DNA of 32,000 nt from Delftia acidovorans NBRC 14950 (GTDB lineage Bacteria; Pseudomonadota; Gammaproteobacteria; Burkholderiales; Burkholderiaceae_C): positions 1 to 32,000 of the forward strand of contig NZ_BCZP01000021.1 in NCBI RefSeq assembly GCF_001598795.1, given 5' to 3'. Below, one piece after another: positions 1 to 7,311 of this stretch. The notes below the pieces were generated by a model. That model was not told where the DNA came from. It searched no databases and worked only from the letters and a program-made list of their open reading frames with translations. Position 1 is the stretch's first letter. Every line of letters starts with the position of its first letter. The position numbers and the translations under genes were made by a program.

Positions 1-303
1 GTAGGGCTGCTTTTCGTAGATGCGCAGGATGGCGCCGTGGGCCACCACGCAGTACAGGCACTGGTTGGCCGCGCTGGTGGTGGTGACGATCATCTCGCGC
101 TCGCCCTTGGTCAGGCTGCCTTCTTCCTTGAGCATGAGGGCATCGTGGTAGGCGAAGAAGGCGCGCCACTCGGCAGGGCGGCGCGCAAAGGCCAGGAAGA
201 CGTTGGGGATGAAGCCCGCCTTTTCCTGCACTTCAAGGATGCGGGTGCGGATGTCCTCGGGCAGGCTGGACAGTTCGGGCTGGGGGTAGCGGGCGGTGGC
301 CAT
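1..303 (-). CDS. AhpD-fold / carboxymuconolactone-decarboxylase-family 'peroxidase-related' protein, first 101 codons only (3' end lies beyond the left edge)
   Basis: Not in the ORF track because there is no stop in the window. Hand translation downward from ATG (rc of 301-303) gives MATARYPQPELSSLPEDIRTRILEVQEKAGFIPNVFLAFARRPAEWRAFFAYHDALMLKEEGSLTKGEREMIVTTTSAANQCLYCVVAHGAILRIYEKQPY. The CxxC..H motif (CLYCVVAH) is typical of AhpD-like CMD proteins. GGAGACAAGACAC lies directly upstream on the minus strand. Confidence 0.75.
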   Translation of the reverse strand, partial: MATARYPQPELSSLPEDIRTRILEVQEKAGFIPNVFLAFARRPAEWRAFFAYHDALMLKEEGSLTKGEREMIVTTTSAANQCLYCVVAHGAILRIYEKQPY

Positions 304-339
304 GTGTCTTGTCTCCTGGGTGTGGTGGTTGTCGTTGCG

Positions 340-357
340 GGCCATGTTCGCATGGCC
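340..357 (-). terminator. Short GC hairpin between the LysR gene stop and the AhpD-like start (possible weak terminator or processing stem)
   Basis: GGCCATG-TTCG-CATGGCC is a perfect 7-bp stem with a 4-nt loop. No U-run follows on the minus-strand transcript, so its function is uncertain. Confidence 0.25.
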
Positions 358-423
358 TGCGCTGCGCGGGGTGAACGCGCATGACAGCCTGTCTGCCGCC
401 GAGGTTGCAGATTGCGCCCGGGC

Positions 424-1350
424 TCAGGCGGGCGCCATGTCCGGCTCAGGCCGTTGTGCAAACCAGTCGCCCAGAAAGCCGGTGAGCGCGCGGATTCTGG
501 CCGACATCTCGCTACGCGTGGCGTGCACCAGGTAGATGTCGGCCGCAGGCAGCTGCCATTGGGGCAGGACCTCGCGCAGCGCGCCTGCGGCCAGCGGCGC
601 GGCCACGTCCCAGAGCGAGCGCTGCAGGATGCCGTGGCCGTCCAGCGCCCAGGCCAGGGCTGCAGCGCCGTCGTTGGTGCTCATCACGCCGTTGACCTTG
701 ATGTTGTGCTCGTTCAGGCCCTGGCGCGTGCGCCGGCTCAGGCGCCAGCTGCCATAGGTTTCGTCGCTCTCGCGGATCACGATGCAGCGGTGGGCCTGCA
801 GGTCGGCGGGCTGGCGCGGCTCGCCGTGGGCGTCCAGGTAGGAGGGCGCGGCGCACAGCACGCGGCGGTTGGGCAGCAGCAGGCGGGCGGTGAGGGCGGA
901 GTCGGGCAGGGTGCCAAAGCGCACGACGGCGTCAAAGCCCTGCTCGACCAGGTTGACGGGCCTGTCCGTCAGTTGCAGTTGCACCTGCACCTCGGGATAG
1001 GCACGCGCAAAGGCCGACAGCGCGGGCGCCAGCCGCTGGCGGCCAAAGCCCAGCGTGCAGGCAATGGACAGCGGGCCGCGCGCCGTGGCGCGCGTGCCCG
1101 AGATGCTGCGCTCCAACGCCTCCAGGTCGGCCAGGATGCGCGCGCCGTCCAGCAGGTAGGCTTCGCCCTCGGGCGTCAGGTGGATGCGCCGTGTCGTGCG
1201 CTGCAGCAGGCGCACGCCCAGGCGCCGCTCCAGCAGGGACAGGCGGCGGCTGACGGCGGGCGGCGTCACGCCCATCTGCTGGGCCGCGGCGGCCAGGCTG
1301 CCTTCGCGGATCAGCAGCGAGAAGAAACGCAGGTCGGAAAAGCCGTCCAT
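424..1350 (-). CDS. LysR-family transcriptional regulator
   Basis: ORF track, 308 aa. The N-terminus MDGFSDLRFFSLLIREGSLAAAAQQMGVTPPAVSRRLSLLERRLGVRLLQRTTRRIHLTPEGE is a textbook LysR wHTH. Length fits HTH plus substrate-binding domain. It is divergent from the hydrolase gene. Confidence 0.95.
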   Translation of the reverse strand: MDGFSDLRFFSLLIREGSLAAAAQQMGVTPPAVSRRLSLLERRLGVRLLQRTTRRIHLTPEGEAYLLDGARILADLEALERSISGTRATARGPLSIACTLGFGRQRLAPALSAFARAYPEVQVQLQLTDRPVNLVEQGFDAVVRFGTLPDSALTARLLLPNRRVLCAAPSYLDAHGEPRQPADLQAHRCIVIRESDETYGSWRLSRRTRQGLNEHNIKVNGVMSTNDGAAALAWALDGHGILQRSLWDVAAPLAAGALREVLPQWQLPAADIYLVHATRSEMSARIRALTGFLGDWFAQRPEPDMAPA

Positions 1351-1379
1351 GGTGGATGCGGTGGATGGTTGATTCGTAA

Positions 1380-1398
1380 ATTGAACTGATGGATCAAT
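1380..1398. promoter_or_regulatory. Candidate LysR-type (T-N11-A-like) dyad in the divergent promoter region
   Basis: ATTGA-N9-TCAAT (attgaactgatggatcaat) lies in the AT-richer 106-bp spacer between the LysR start (1350) and the hydrolase start. Confidence 0.3.
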
Positions 1399-1483
1399 GC
1401 AGTATTTTGCTATTTATGCAGCCTGGTTTACTGATTAGCATGGCAGGCTGACAGTCATGAACAACGTAGAAGGAATCTCCGGG

Positions 1484-2386
1484 ATGCACACAGATCCATG
1501 GATGCCGGGCCTGCGCCAGCAGCGCATCACGGTCGATGACGGGGTGGAGATCAACGCCTGGGTGGGCGGCCAGGGGCCGGCCCTGCTGCTGGTGCACGGC
1601 CACCCGCAGACCAGCGCCATCTGGCACCGCGTCGCGCCCCGGCTGGCGCAGCAGTTCACCGTGGTGCTGGCCGACCTGCGCGGCTATGGCGACTCCTCGC
1701 GCCCGGCCGGCGACCCCGAGCATGTGAACTACAGCAAGCGCACCATGGCCCGCGACCTGCTGCGGATGATGGCCCGGCTGGGCCATGAGCATTTCAGCGT
1801 GCTGGCGCATGACCGGGGCGCGCGCGTTGCGCACCGGCTGGCCATGGACTATCCCGCCAGCGTGCAGCGTCTGGTGCTGCTGGACATTGCGCCCACGCTG
1901 GCCATGTACGAGCAGACCGGCGAGGCCTTTGCGCGCGCCTACTGGCACTGGTTCTTCCTGATCCAGCCCGCGCCGCTGCCCGAGCGCCTGATCGAGGCCG
2001 ACCCCGCCGCCTATGTGCGCGAGATCATGGGCCGGCGCAGCGCCGGCCTGGCGCCCTTCGATCCCCGGGCGCTGGCCGAGTACCAGCGCTGCCTGGCGCT
2101 GCCGGGCAGCGCGCACGGCATGTGCGAGGACTACCGCGCCTCGGCCGGCATCGACCTGGAGCATGACCGCGAAGACCGCCAGCTCGGGCGCAGGCTGTCC
2201 ATGCCGCTGCTGGTGCTCTGGGGCGAGGAGGGCGTGGTGCACCGCTGCTTCGATCCGCTGCGCGAGTGGCAGCTCGTGGCCGACGATGTGCGCGGCCGGC
2301 CGCTGGCCTGCGGGCACTACATCGCCGAGGAGGCGCCCGATGCACTGCTGGACGCGGCCCTGCCATTTCTGCTGCAGGCCGGGTGA
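1484..2386 (+). CDS. Alpha/beta hydrolase of the haloacetate/fluoroacetate dehalogenase type
   Basis: ORF track 1457..2386. I prefer the in-frame ATG at 1484 (AGAAGGAA about 10 nt upstream, about 300 aa product); 1457 is the alternative. Motifs present: HGHPQTS, LAHDRGARVAHRL (Asp nucleophile followed by two Arg), YWHWFFLIQPAPLPERL, CEDYRAS, CGHYIAEEAPD. Confidence 0.85.
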   Translation: MHTDPWMPGLRQQRITVDDGVEINAWVGGQGPALLLVHGHPQTSAIWHRVAPRLAQQFTVVLADLRGYGDSSRPAGDPEHVNYSKRTMARDLLRMMARLGHEHFSVLAHDRGARVAHRLAMDYPASVQRLVLLDIAPTLAMYEQTGEAFARAYWHWFFLIQPAPLPERLIEADPAAYVREIMGRRSAGLAPFDPRALAEYQRCLALPGSAHGMCEDYRASAGIDLEHDREDRQLGRRLSMPLLVLWGEEGVVHRCFDPLREWQLVADDVRGRPLACGHYIAEEAPDALLDAALPFLLQAG

Positions 2387-2452
2387 GTGCCGTCATTGGA
2401 GGCACTCGGTACGGCATTCGGGCAAGCCGGCAAAGAGGGGAAAGGTGCATTC

Positions 2453-2488
2453 ACGCCATATCCGTGACGCCATATGCATGACGCCATA
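2453..2488. repeat. Three direct copies of ACGCCATA at a 14-bp period
   Basis: ACGCCATA occurs at 2453-2460, 2467-2474 and 2481-2488. The last two copies extend to TGACGCCATA. The array sits in the 393-bp spacer upstream of the YdgA-like gene. Confidence 0.85.
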
Positions 2489-2507
2489 GCGTTTTCCTCC
2501 GAATTCA

Positions 2508-2521
2508 ATTGGCATGCCAAT
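2508..2521. promoter_or_regulatory. Perfect 14-bp palindrome ATTGGCATGCCAAT (candidate operator)
   Basis: Read directly from the sequence, 20 bp downstream of the ACGCCATA array and in a locally AT-richer stretch. Confidence 0.4.
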
Positions 2522-2779
2522 CATGTGCGGCAATGGTAAGTAATTGAAAAATCCGGGTGCCTGTCTTGCGCGGGCAATGCCGGGGGCGCAGGTCCTGAAA
2601 ACCGCTGCAGGCAAGGCCTGGCAAGCCCTGGGCAAGGGCCTGCGTCCATGCGTGCCTGCGACAGGAGGCATGGCTGCGTCAATGCGCAGCCCATTGCCGA
2701 TCTGTGGTGAAACGCCGAACTGATACAGTCGCGCGGCCCGCCCGAGGGGGAGGGTCTTATTCATCACGGGATATTCACA

Positions 2780-4333
2780 ATGAGCAACAAGAAAACCGTA
2801 GTGGCCGCTGCCGTGGCATTGGCCGTCGTGGGCTATGGAGGAACCACCTGGTATACCGGCCAGCGGGCCGAGGCTGGCTACAAGGAGGCCGTGGCCGAAT
2901 TGCGCAAGGTGCTGGGCGAGAAAGTCGTCGTGACCGACGAGTACCACAAGGGATTCCTTTCCTCCCAGGCCAAGCTGGTGCTGCAGTGGCCTGCGGCGCA
3001 AGCTCAGGCAGCCGATGCGGCTGAAACGGCTGACGCGGCAAAAGCAGCCGACACAGCTGAAGCGCCCGCCGCCGCAGAACCGGTCGCTGCGTCCAAGCCC
3101 GTGCGCCTGGTGGTGGACACCACGGTGCGCCACGGCCCGCTGGCCGGTGGCCGACTGGCGGCAGCGGTTTCCGAGACGCGCTTTGCGCTCGACGGCCTGG
3201 ACGAAAAGAGCACGCAGATGCTGGCCAAGGCCGCAGCCCCCACGCTGACCAGCGTGCACCACTTCACGGGCGGCCAGGATGTGCGCCTGCTGCTGCCCGC
3301 CGGCGAGCTGGGCGACCAGGAAGTCACCATGCGCTGGCAGGAAATGGTGCTGGACACGGCCCTGGGCGGTGGCAGCGTCAAGGGCACCTGGCGCTGGCCC
3401 GAGGTGGCCCTGCTGGGCCTGCCCAGCCGCGACAAGTCCATGGGCGTGGAAGAGGAAGAGGGCGAGGAGGAGGAATCCGACAACGACGAGGCCCTTCCCA
3501 CCCAGCCGGCCGCAGTGCCGGTGGAGCGCACTAGCATCATGCTCACGGGCCTGGAGAGCAGCTTCGAGAACAAGGTCATCGACGGCCTGTGGGGCTTGGG
3601 CCCCGGCAAGGCCAGCGTGCGCATCGCCCGCTTCGGCATGAGCAGCACGCCCGCCGAAGGCGGCGAGGCCAAGACGCTGCTGGACCTCAAGAACGTGGAC
3701 GGCAGCTCGGTCATCGAGTCCGACAAGACCACGCTGGGCATGACCACCCAGGTCAAGGGCACGGGCCGCATCGGCCCCATCGATTTCGAGTCCGTGGGCT
3801 ACGAGGAAAAGATCCAGCGCCTGGACATCGAGGCCCTGCGCGGCTTCCAGCGCGTCATGGTCGAGGGCTACCGCAAGGAGGGCCTGGCCAAGGCGCTGGA
3901 ATCGCTGGAAGAGCAGGGCATGGGCGTGCTGATGCAGAACGCCCCGCGCCTGGTGGCGGCCCTGCCGGCCTACTCCATGAAGCTGCAGGCCACCTACCAG
4001 GGCCAGACCGGCCACCTGGAGTACGGCGCCGAAGTGCAAAGCGCGCCCACGCAGGAGCAGGTCGCCCAGGCCGGCTGGATGCCGGCGCTGCTCAAGACCT
4101 CGGCACTGCAGGCCAATGCCAGCCTGCCCAAGGCCTGGCTGGAGCCGCTGCTCAAGGCATCGGGCAAGCCCGATGTCTCGGCCGAGGACGTGGAGGGCAT
4201 GCTGGGCATGGCCCAGGCCACGGGCTATGCCCGCCTGGAAGGCGACAAGCTGGTCAGCGCGCTCAAGATGCAGGCCGGCCAGGTCACGCTCAACGGCAAG
4301 CCCATCGCCCTGCCCATGGGCGCGCTGCAGTAA
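2780..4333 (+). CDS. YdgA / DUF945-family protein (N-terminal membrane anchor or signal)
   Basis: ORF track, 517 aa. The start MSNKKTVVAAAVALAVVGYGGTTWYTGQRAEAGYKEAV..EYHKGFLSSQAKLVL resembles E. coli YdgA-type N-termini and the size is similar. It contains an acidic low-complexity insert, GVEEEEGEEEESDNDE. Confidence 0.75.
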   Translation: MSNKKTVVAAAVALAVVGYGGTTWYTGQRAEAGYKEAVAELRKVLGEKVVVTDEYHKGFLSSQAKLVLQWPAAQAQAADAAETADAAKAADTAEAPAAAEPVAASKPVRLVVDTTVRHGPLAGGRLAAAVSETRFALDGLDEKSTQMLAKAAAPTLTSVHHFTGGQDVRLLLPAGELGDQEVTMRWQEMVLDTALGGGSVKGTWRWPEVALLGLPSRDKSMGVEEEEGEEEESDNDEALPTQPAAVPVERTSIMLTGLESSFENKVIDGLWGLGPGKASVRIARFGMSSTPAEGGEAKTLLDLKNVDGSSVIESDKTTLGMTTQVKGTGRIGPIDFESVGYEEKIQRLDIEALRGFQRVMVEGYRKEGLAKALESLEEQGMGVLMQNAPRLVAALPAYSMKLQATYQGQTGHLEYGAEVQSAPTQEQVAQAGWMPALLKTSALQANASLPKAWLEPLLKASGKPDVSAEDVEGMLGMAQATGYARLEGDKLVSALKMQAGQVTLNGKPIALPMGALQ

Positions 4334-4373
4334 GCGGCCATCCACCTTCCGGGCGTCGCCCCGGAAGGTGGTC

Positions 4374-5174
4374 TCAGGGATGCCACTGGCTGGCGCGCAC
4401 CACAGGGGCCTGTGTGCTGGCGCTGCCCGCCAGCGCATAGGACAGCTGGTTGGCCGCCGCCACCACCGTCTGCGCCATGGCTTCCAGCCGGGACTCGGGC
4501 AGGCGCGATGCCGGCCCGGAGATGCACACGGACCCCATCAGCCGCCAGTGCATGCCGAACACCGGCGCCGACACCGTGGCCACGCCCTGTTCGCGCTCGC
4601 CGATGGACCAGTGGTAGCCGCGCTGGCGGATCTGCTCGTACACCGGCCCCGGTTCGCCTGAAAAGGCCAGGATCACGCGCCCCGGCGAGCCCTGGTCCAG
4701 CGGCAGCCCCTCGCCCATGCGCGCATGGTGGCGCAGCGCCTGCGGCCCTTCCACGCGCACGAGGCAGGTGCGCACATTGCCTTCGCGCACATAGAAGGCC
4801 GCGCTCTCGCCGCTGGCCTGCGTGAGCGCGCGCAGCGCGGGCTCCAGCACGTTCTGCACATCAAAGCCCGCCTGGTAGCGCGCACCCAGCCAGCCTGCGG
4901 CCGGGCCCAGGCGCCAGTCCCCATCGTCCCTTTGCACCATGAAGCCCGACTGCGCCAGCGTGCGCGCCAGCCGCAGCACCGTGGTCTTGTGCAGCGCGCA
5001 GCGCCGGCTCAGTTCCGCCAGGGACAGGTGCGACTCTCCGAGGGCGAAGGCGCCAAGCAGCTGCAAGGCACGCGTGACGGCGATGACGCCGCCGTCCTTG
5101 GCCGGGCTGGCCTTGTCATCGGATGTCTGCGCCGGGGAAGGGGTGCTGGGGGGCTTGTTCATGGTGCAAGGCAT
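4374..5174 (-). CDS. IclR-family transcriptional regulator
   Basis: ORF track, 266 aa. The wHTH is VTRALQLLGAFALGESHLSLAELSRRCALHKTTVLRLARTLAQSGFMVQ, followed by an effector domain of IclR length. An alternative start is the ATG at 5162. It is divergent from the Bug operon. Confidence 0.9.
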   Translation of the reverse strand: MPCTMNKPPSTPSPAQTSDDKASPAKDGGVIAVTRALQLLGAFALGESHLSLAELSRRCALHKTTVLRLARTLAQSGFMVQRDDGDWRLGPAAGWLGARYQAGFDVQNVLEPALRALTQASGESAAFYVREGNVRTCLVRVEGPQALRHHARMGEGLPLDQGSPGRVILAFSGEPGPVYEQIRQRGYHWSIGEREQGVATVSAPVFGMHWRLMGSVCISGPASRLPESRLEAMAQTVVAAANQLSYALAGSASTQAPVVRASQWHP

Positions 5175-5189
5175 GCAATTGGTTGCGCT

Positions 5190-5228
5190 GTATGAAACGG
5201 CATTGTATGGGTTGAAACGTTTTCATAA
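5190..5228. promoter_or_regulatory. Candidate IclR operator: repeated TGAAACG half-sites and an AAACGTTT core
   Basis: TGAAACG occurs at 5193-5199 and 5213-5219, 20 bp apart. GTATGAAAC at 5190-5198 faces GTTTTCATA at 5219-5227 as an imperfect inverted repeat. The palindrome AAACGTTT lies at 5215-5222. All are in the AT-richer IclR/Bug divergent spacer. Confidence 0.3.
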
Positions 5229-5289
5229 AGTTCGTCCCACGCACCGCAGCCATGCGGGCGTTGGACACAACAAACGGAGACAAACCGCC

Positions 5290-6291
5290 ATGCCGATTCC
5301 CTCGCTTTCGCGTTGCCTCAACGCACGCCTTCTTGCCGCCCTGGTCGGCGTTGCCGCCATCGTGCCCATGGGTGCTGCACAGGCCCAGGACACCTATCCC
5401 CGCAAGCCCATCCGCCTGGTCGTGCCGTTTCCGCCCGGTGGCGGCACGGACATGATCGCGCGCACCGTGGCCCAGCGGCTGGCGGACCACAACAAGTGGA
5501 CCGTGGTGGTGGACAACCGGCCCGGCGCCGGCGGCAACCTGGGCGTGGATGCCGTGGCCAAGGCCGCGCCGGACGGCCATACCCTGGTCATGGGCCAGAC
5601 CAGCAACCTGGCCATCAACCCCTCGCTGTACGCCAAGCTGCCCTATGACCCGCTGAAGGACCTGGTGCCCGTGGCGCTGGTGTCTTCCGCGCCCATCGTG
5701 ATGGCCGCGCCCGCCAACTCGCCCTACAAGACCTTTGACGACCTGGTCAAGGCCGCCAAGGCCAAGCCCGACGGCCTCACGCTGGGCTACTCGGGCAACG
5801 GCACGGTGGCGCACCTGGCCGGCGAACTGGCCGAGAACGCGGCCGGCATCAAGCTGCGCCATGTGCCCTACAAGGGCGCGGCCCAGGCCATGACCGACCT
5901 GGTGGGCGGGCAGATCGATTTCTACATGTCCGCCGTGCCCACGCTGCTGGGCCAGGTGCGCAACGGCAAGCTGCGCGCGGTGATGGTCACCTCGCTCAAG
6001 CGCTCCGACCAGCTGCCGCAGACGCCCACGCTGGCCGAGTCGGGCTACAAGGACTTCGAGGCCGTCACCTGGTTCGGCGTGCTGGCCCCGGCCGGGACGC
6101 CCCAGGCCATCGTGCAGCAGCTGAACAAGGCCATCAACGACGCGCTGCTGGTGCCCGAGGTGGCCGAGAAGCTGCGCTCCGAAGGCGGCGAGGTGCTGGG
6201 CGGCTCGTCCGAGAAGTTCGCCGCGCTGCTGCGCGCCGAGGTGCCGCGCTGGGCACGCATCGTCAAGGACTCGGGCGCCAGCCTGGACTGA
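5290..6291 (+). CDS. Bug/TctC-family tripartite tricarboxylate transporter substrate-binding protein (1 of 4)
   Basis: Same frame as ORF track 4939..6291, but trimmed to ATG 5290, preceded by GGAGACAAA at 5276-5284. The longer form overlaps the IclR gene. Signal peptide MPIPSLSRCLNARLLAALVGVAAIVPMGAAQAQ, then the family hallmarks YPRKPIRLVVPFPPGGGTD and VPYKG. Confidence 0.9.
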   Translation: MPIPSLSRCLNARLLAALVGVAAIVPMGAAQAQDTYPRKPIRLVVPFPPGGGTDMIARTVAQRLADHNKWTVVVDNRPGAGGNLGVDAVAKAAPDGHTLVMGQTSNLAINPSLYAKLPYDPLKDLVPVALVSSAPIVMAAPANSPYKTFDDLVKAAKAKPDGLTLGYSGNGTVAHLAGELAENAAGIKLRHVPYKGAAQAMTDLVGGQIDFYMSAVPTLLGQVRNGKLRAVMVTSLKRSDQLPQTPTLAESGYKDFEAVTWFGVLAPAGTPQAIVQQLNKAINDALLVPEVAEKLRSEGGEVLGGSSEKFAALLRAEVPRWARIVKDSGASLD

Positions 6292-6313
6292 GACCGGGGG
6301 GCAGGGGCGCCAG

Positions 6314-6361
6314 CCCTTTCGCTTCCTCCGCGCTTCCTCCTCCCTTCCTTTTTCTTCCTCC
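6314..6361 (+). repeat. Polypyrimidine tract with 3x CTTCCTCC (intergenic leader of the first amidohydrolase gene)
   Basis: 45 of 48 nt are C or T. CTTCCTCC occurs at 6322-6329, 6333-6340 and 6354-6361. The run 6333-6361 is an uninterrupted 29-nt pyrimidine stretch. Confidence 0.95.
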
Positions 6362-6375
6362 ATCGAGATCTCGCC

Positions 6376-7311
6376 ATGGACTGCGACAGCCTTGCCGTGC
6401 CCGTCCGTTTCTCGCAGGGCAGCGCCCGGCCCCGTGCCACGCTGCCCCCGGATGCCTGCGACTGCCATGTGCATGTCTATGACGGCCGCTACCCGGCAAC
6501 CCCGGGCGCGCGGCTGCTGCCGCCCGACGCCTCGGCCGGCGACTACCGCGCGCTGCAGCGGCGCCTGGGCACCTCGCGCTGCGTGCTGGTCACGCCGTCC
6601 ACCTATGGCAGCGACAACCGCTGCATGTTGGATGGGCTGGCCGCCCTCGGCCCGCAGGCGCGGGGCGTGGCCGTGATCGATGGCAGCGAAAGCGATGACC
6701 AACTGCAGCGCCTGCACGGCCTGGGCGTGCGCGGCGTGCGGCTGAACCTGTCGCTGGGCGTGACGGGCACGGCCGAGCTGCTGGTGCCACTGGCCCGCCG
6801 CATCGCGCCGCTGGGCTGGCACCTGCAGCTGCTGATGGCGCCGGACCTGCTGGCGTCCCTGGCCGGCGTGCTGCGGCTCTTGCCGGTGCCGCTGGTGTTC
6901 GACCACTTCGGCCGCATTGCCCCGGTGCAGGCGGGGCGCCATGCGGGCCATGCGCTGCTGCTGGAGCTGCTGGAGGGCGGCAGGGCCTGGGTCAAGTTGT
7001 CCGGCGGCTACATCGTCAGCGCGCTGCAGTCGGTTGAAGACCCGGCGCTGGACGCCCTGGCCGCCAGCTATCTGCGCTGCGCGCCCGAGCGCGTGCTGTG
7101 GGGCAGCGACTGGCCGCATGTCAGCGCCTCGGCAGGCATGCAGCCCCTGCCCGATGACGCCCGCCAGATCGACCGCCTGGCCGACTGGACCTCCCATGCC
7201 GGCGGTGCCGCCACGCTGCAGCGCGTGCTGGTGGACAACCCCCGGGCGCTGTACGGCTTCGAGACCGCAGCGCCGCCATCGCTTTGCACACAAGCAGGAG
7301 ACAAACCATGA
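6376..7311 (+). CDS. Amidohydrolase-2 family, LigI-type (2-pyrone-4,6-dicarboxylate-lactonase-like) hydrolase, paralogue A
   Basis: ORF track, 311 aa. Blocks LPPDACDCHVHVYD, LGTSRCVLVTPSTYGSDN, ARGVAVID, GWHLQLL, LPVPLVFDHFGR, WVKLSGGY, VLWGSDWPH and LVDNPRALYGF match my recollection of the LigI / COG3618 lactonase architecture. Confidence 0.85.
   Translation: MDCDSLAVPVRFSQGSARPRATLPPDACDCHVHVYDGRYPATPGARLLPPDASAGDYRALQRRLGTSRCVLVTPSTYGSDNRCMLDGLAALGPQARGVAVIDGSESDDQLQRLHGLGVRGVRLNLSLGVTGTAELLVPLARRIAPLGWHLQLLMAPDLLASLAGVLRLLPVPLVFDHFGRIAPVQAGRHAGHALLLELLEGGRAWVKLSGGYIVSALQSVEDPALDALAASYLRCAPERVLWGSDWPHVSASAGMQPLPDDARQIDRLADWTSHAGGAATLQRVLVDNPRALYGFETAAPPSLCTQAGDKP

Noticed and set aside
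2508-2525. Possible sigma54 promoter. On the minus strand the palindrome reads TGGCAT-gccaa-TTGAA.
   Set aside because: The -12 element lacks the essential GC (TTGA instead of TTGC). A minus-strand promoter here would also point into the 3' end of the convergent hydrolase gene, with nothing to transcribe.
2393-4438. 681-aa minus-strand ORF covering the YdgA-like gene. The same pattern is seen at 5116..7407(-), 9858..12215(-), 14617..16644(-), 17211..18704(+), 20982..22370(-), 22422..24935(-), 24940..27420(-), 412..1389(+), 1394..2317(-), 12692..13885(-) and 29445..30656(+).
   Set aside because: Each lies antisense to, or out of frame with, a gene whose product I recognise by clear family motifs. 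Their translations are Arg/Ala/Gly/His/Gln/Pro-rich strings with no recognisable motifs. Long stop-free antisense frames are expected in high-GC DNA.
4939-5289. Long N-terminal extension of the first Bug gene (ORF track start 4939).
   Set aside because: The extension overlaps the IclR gene on the other strand and has no signal peptide. The GGAGACAAA SD and a typical signal peptide begin at ATG 5290. Similar trimming was applied at 7284 to 7308, 8984 to 9038, 9924 to 10044, 12422 to 12980, 14551 to 14491, 16668 to 16719, 20928 to 21009, 22428 to 22464, 29170 to 29116 and 31841 to 31742.
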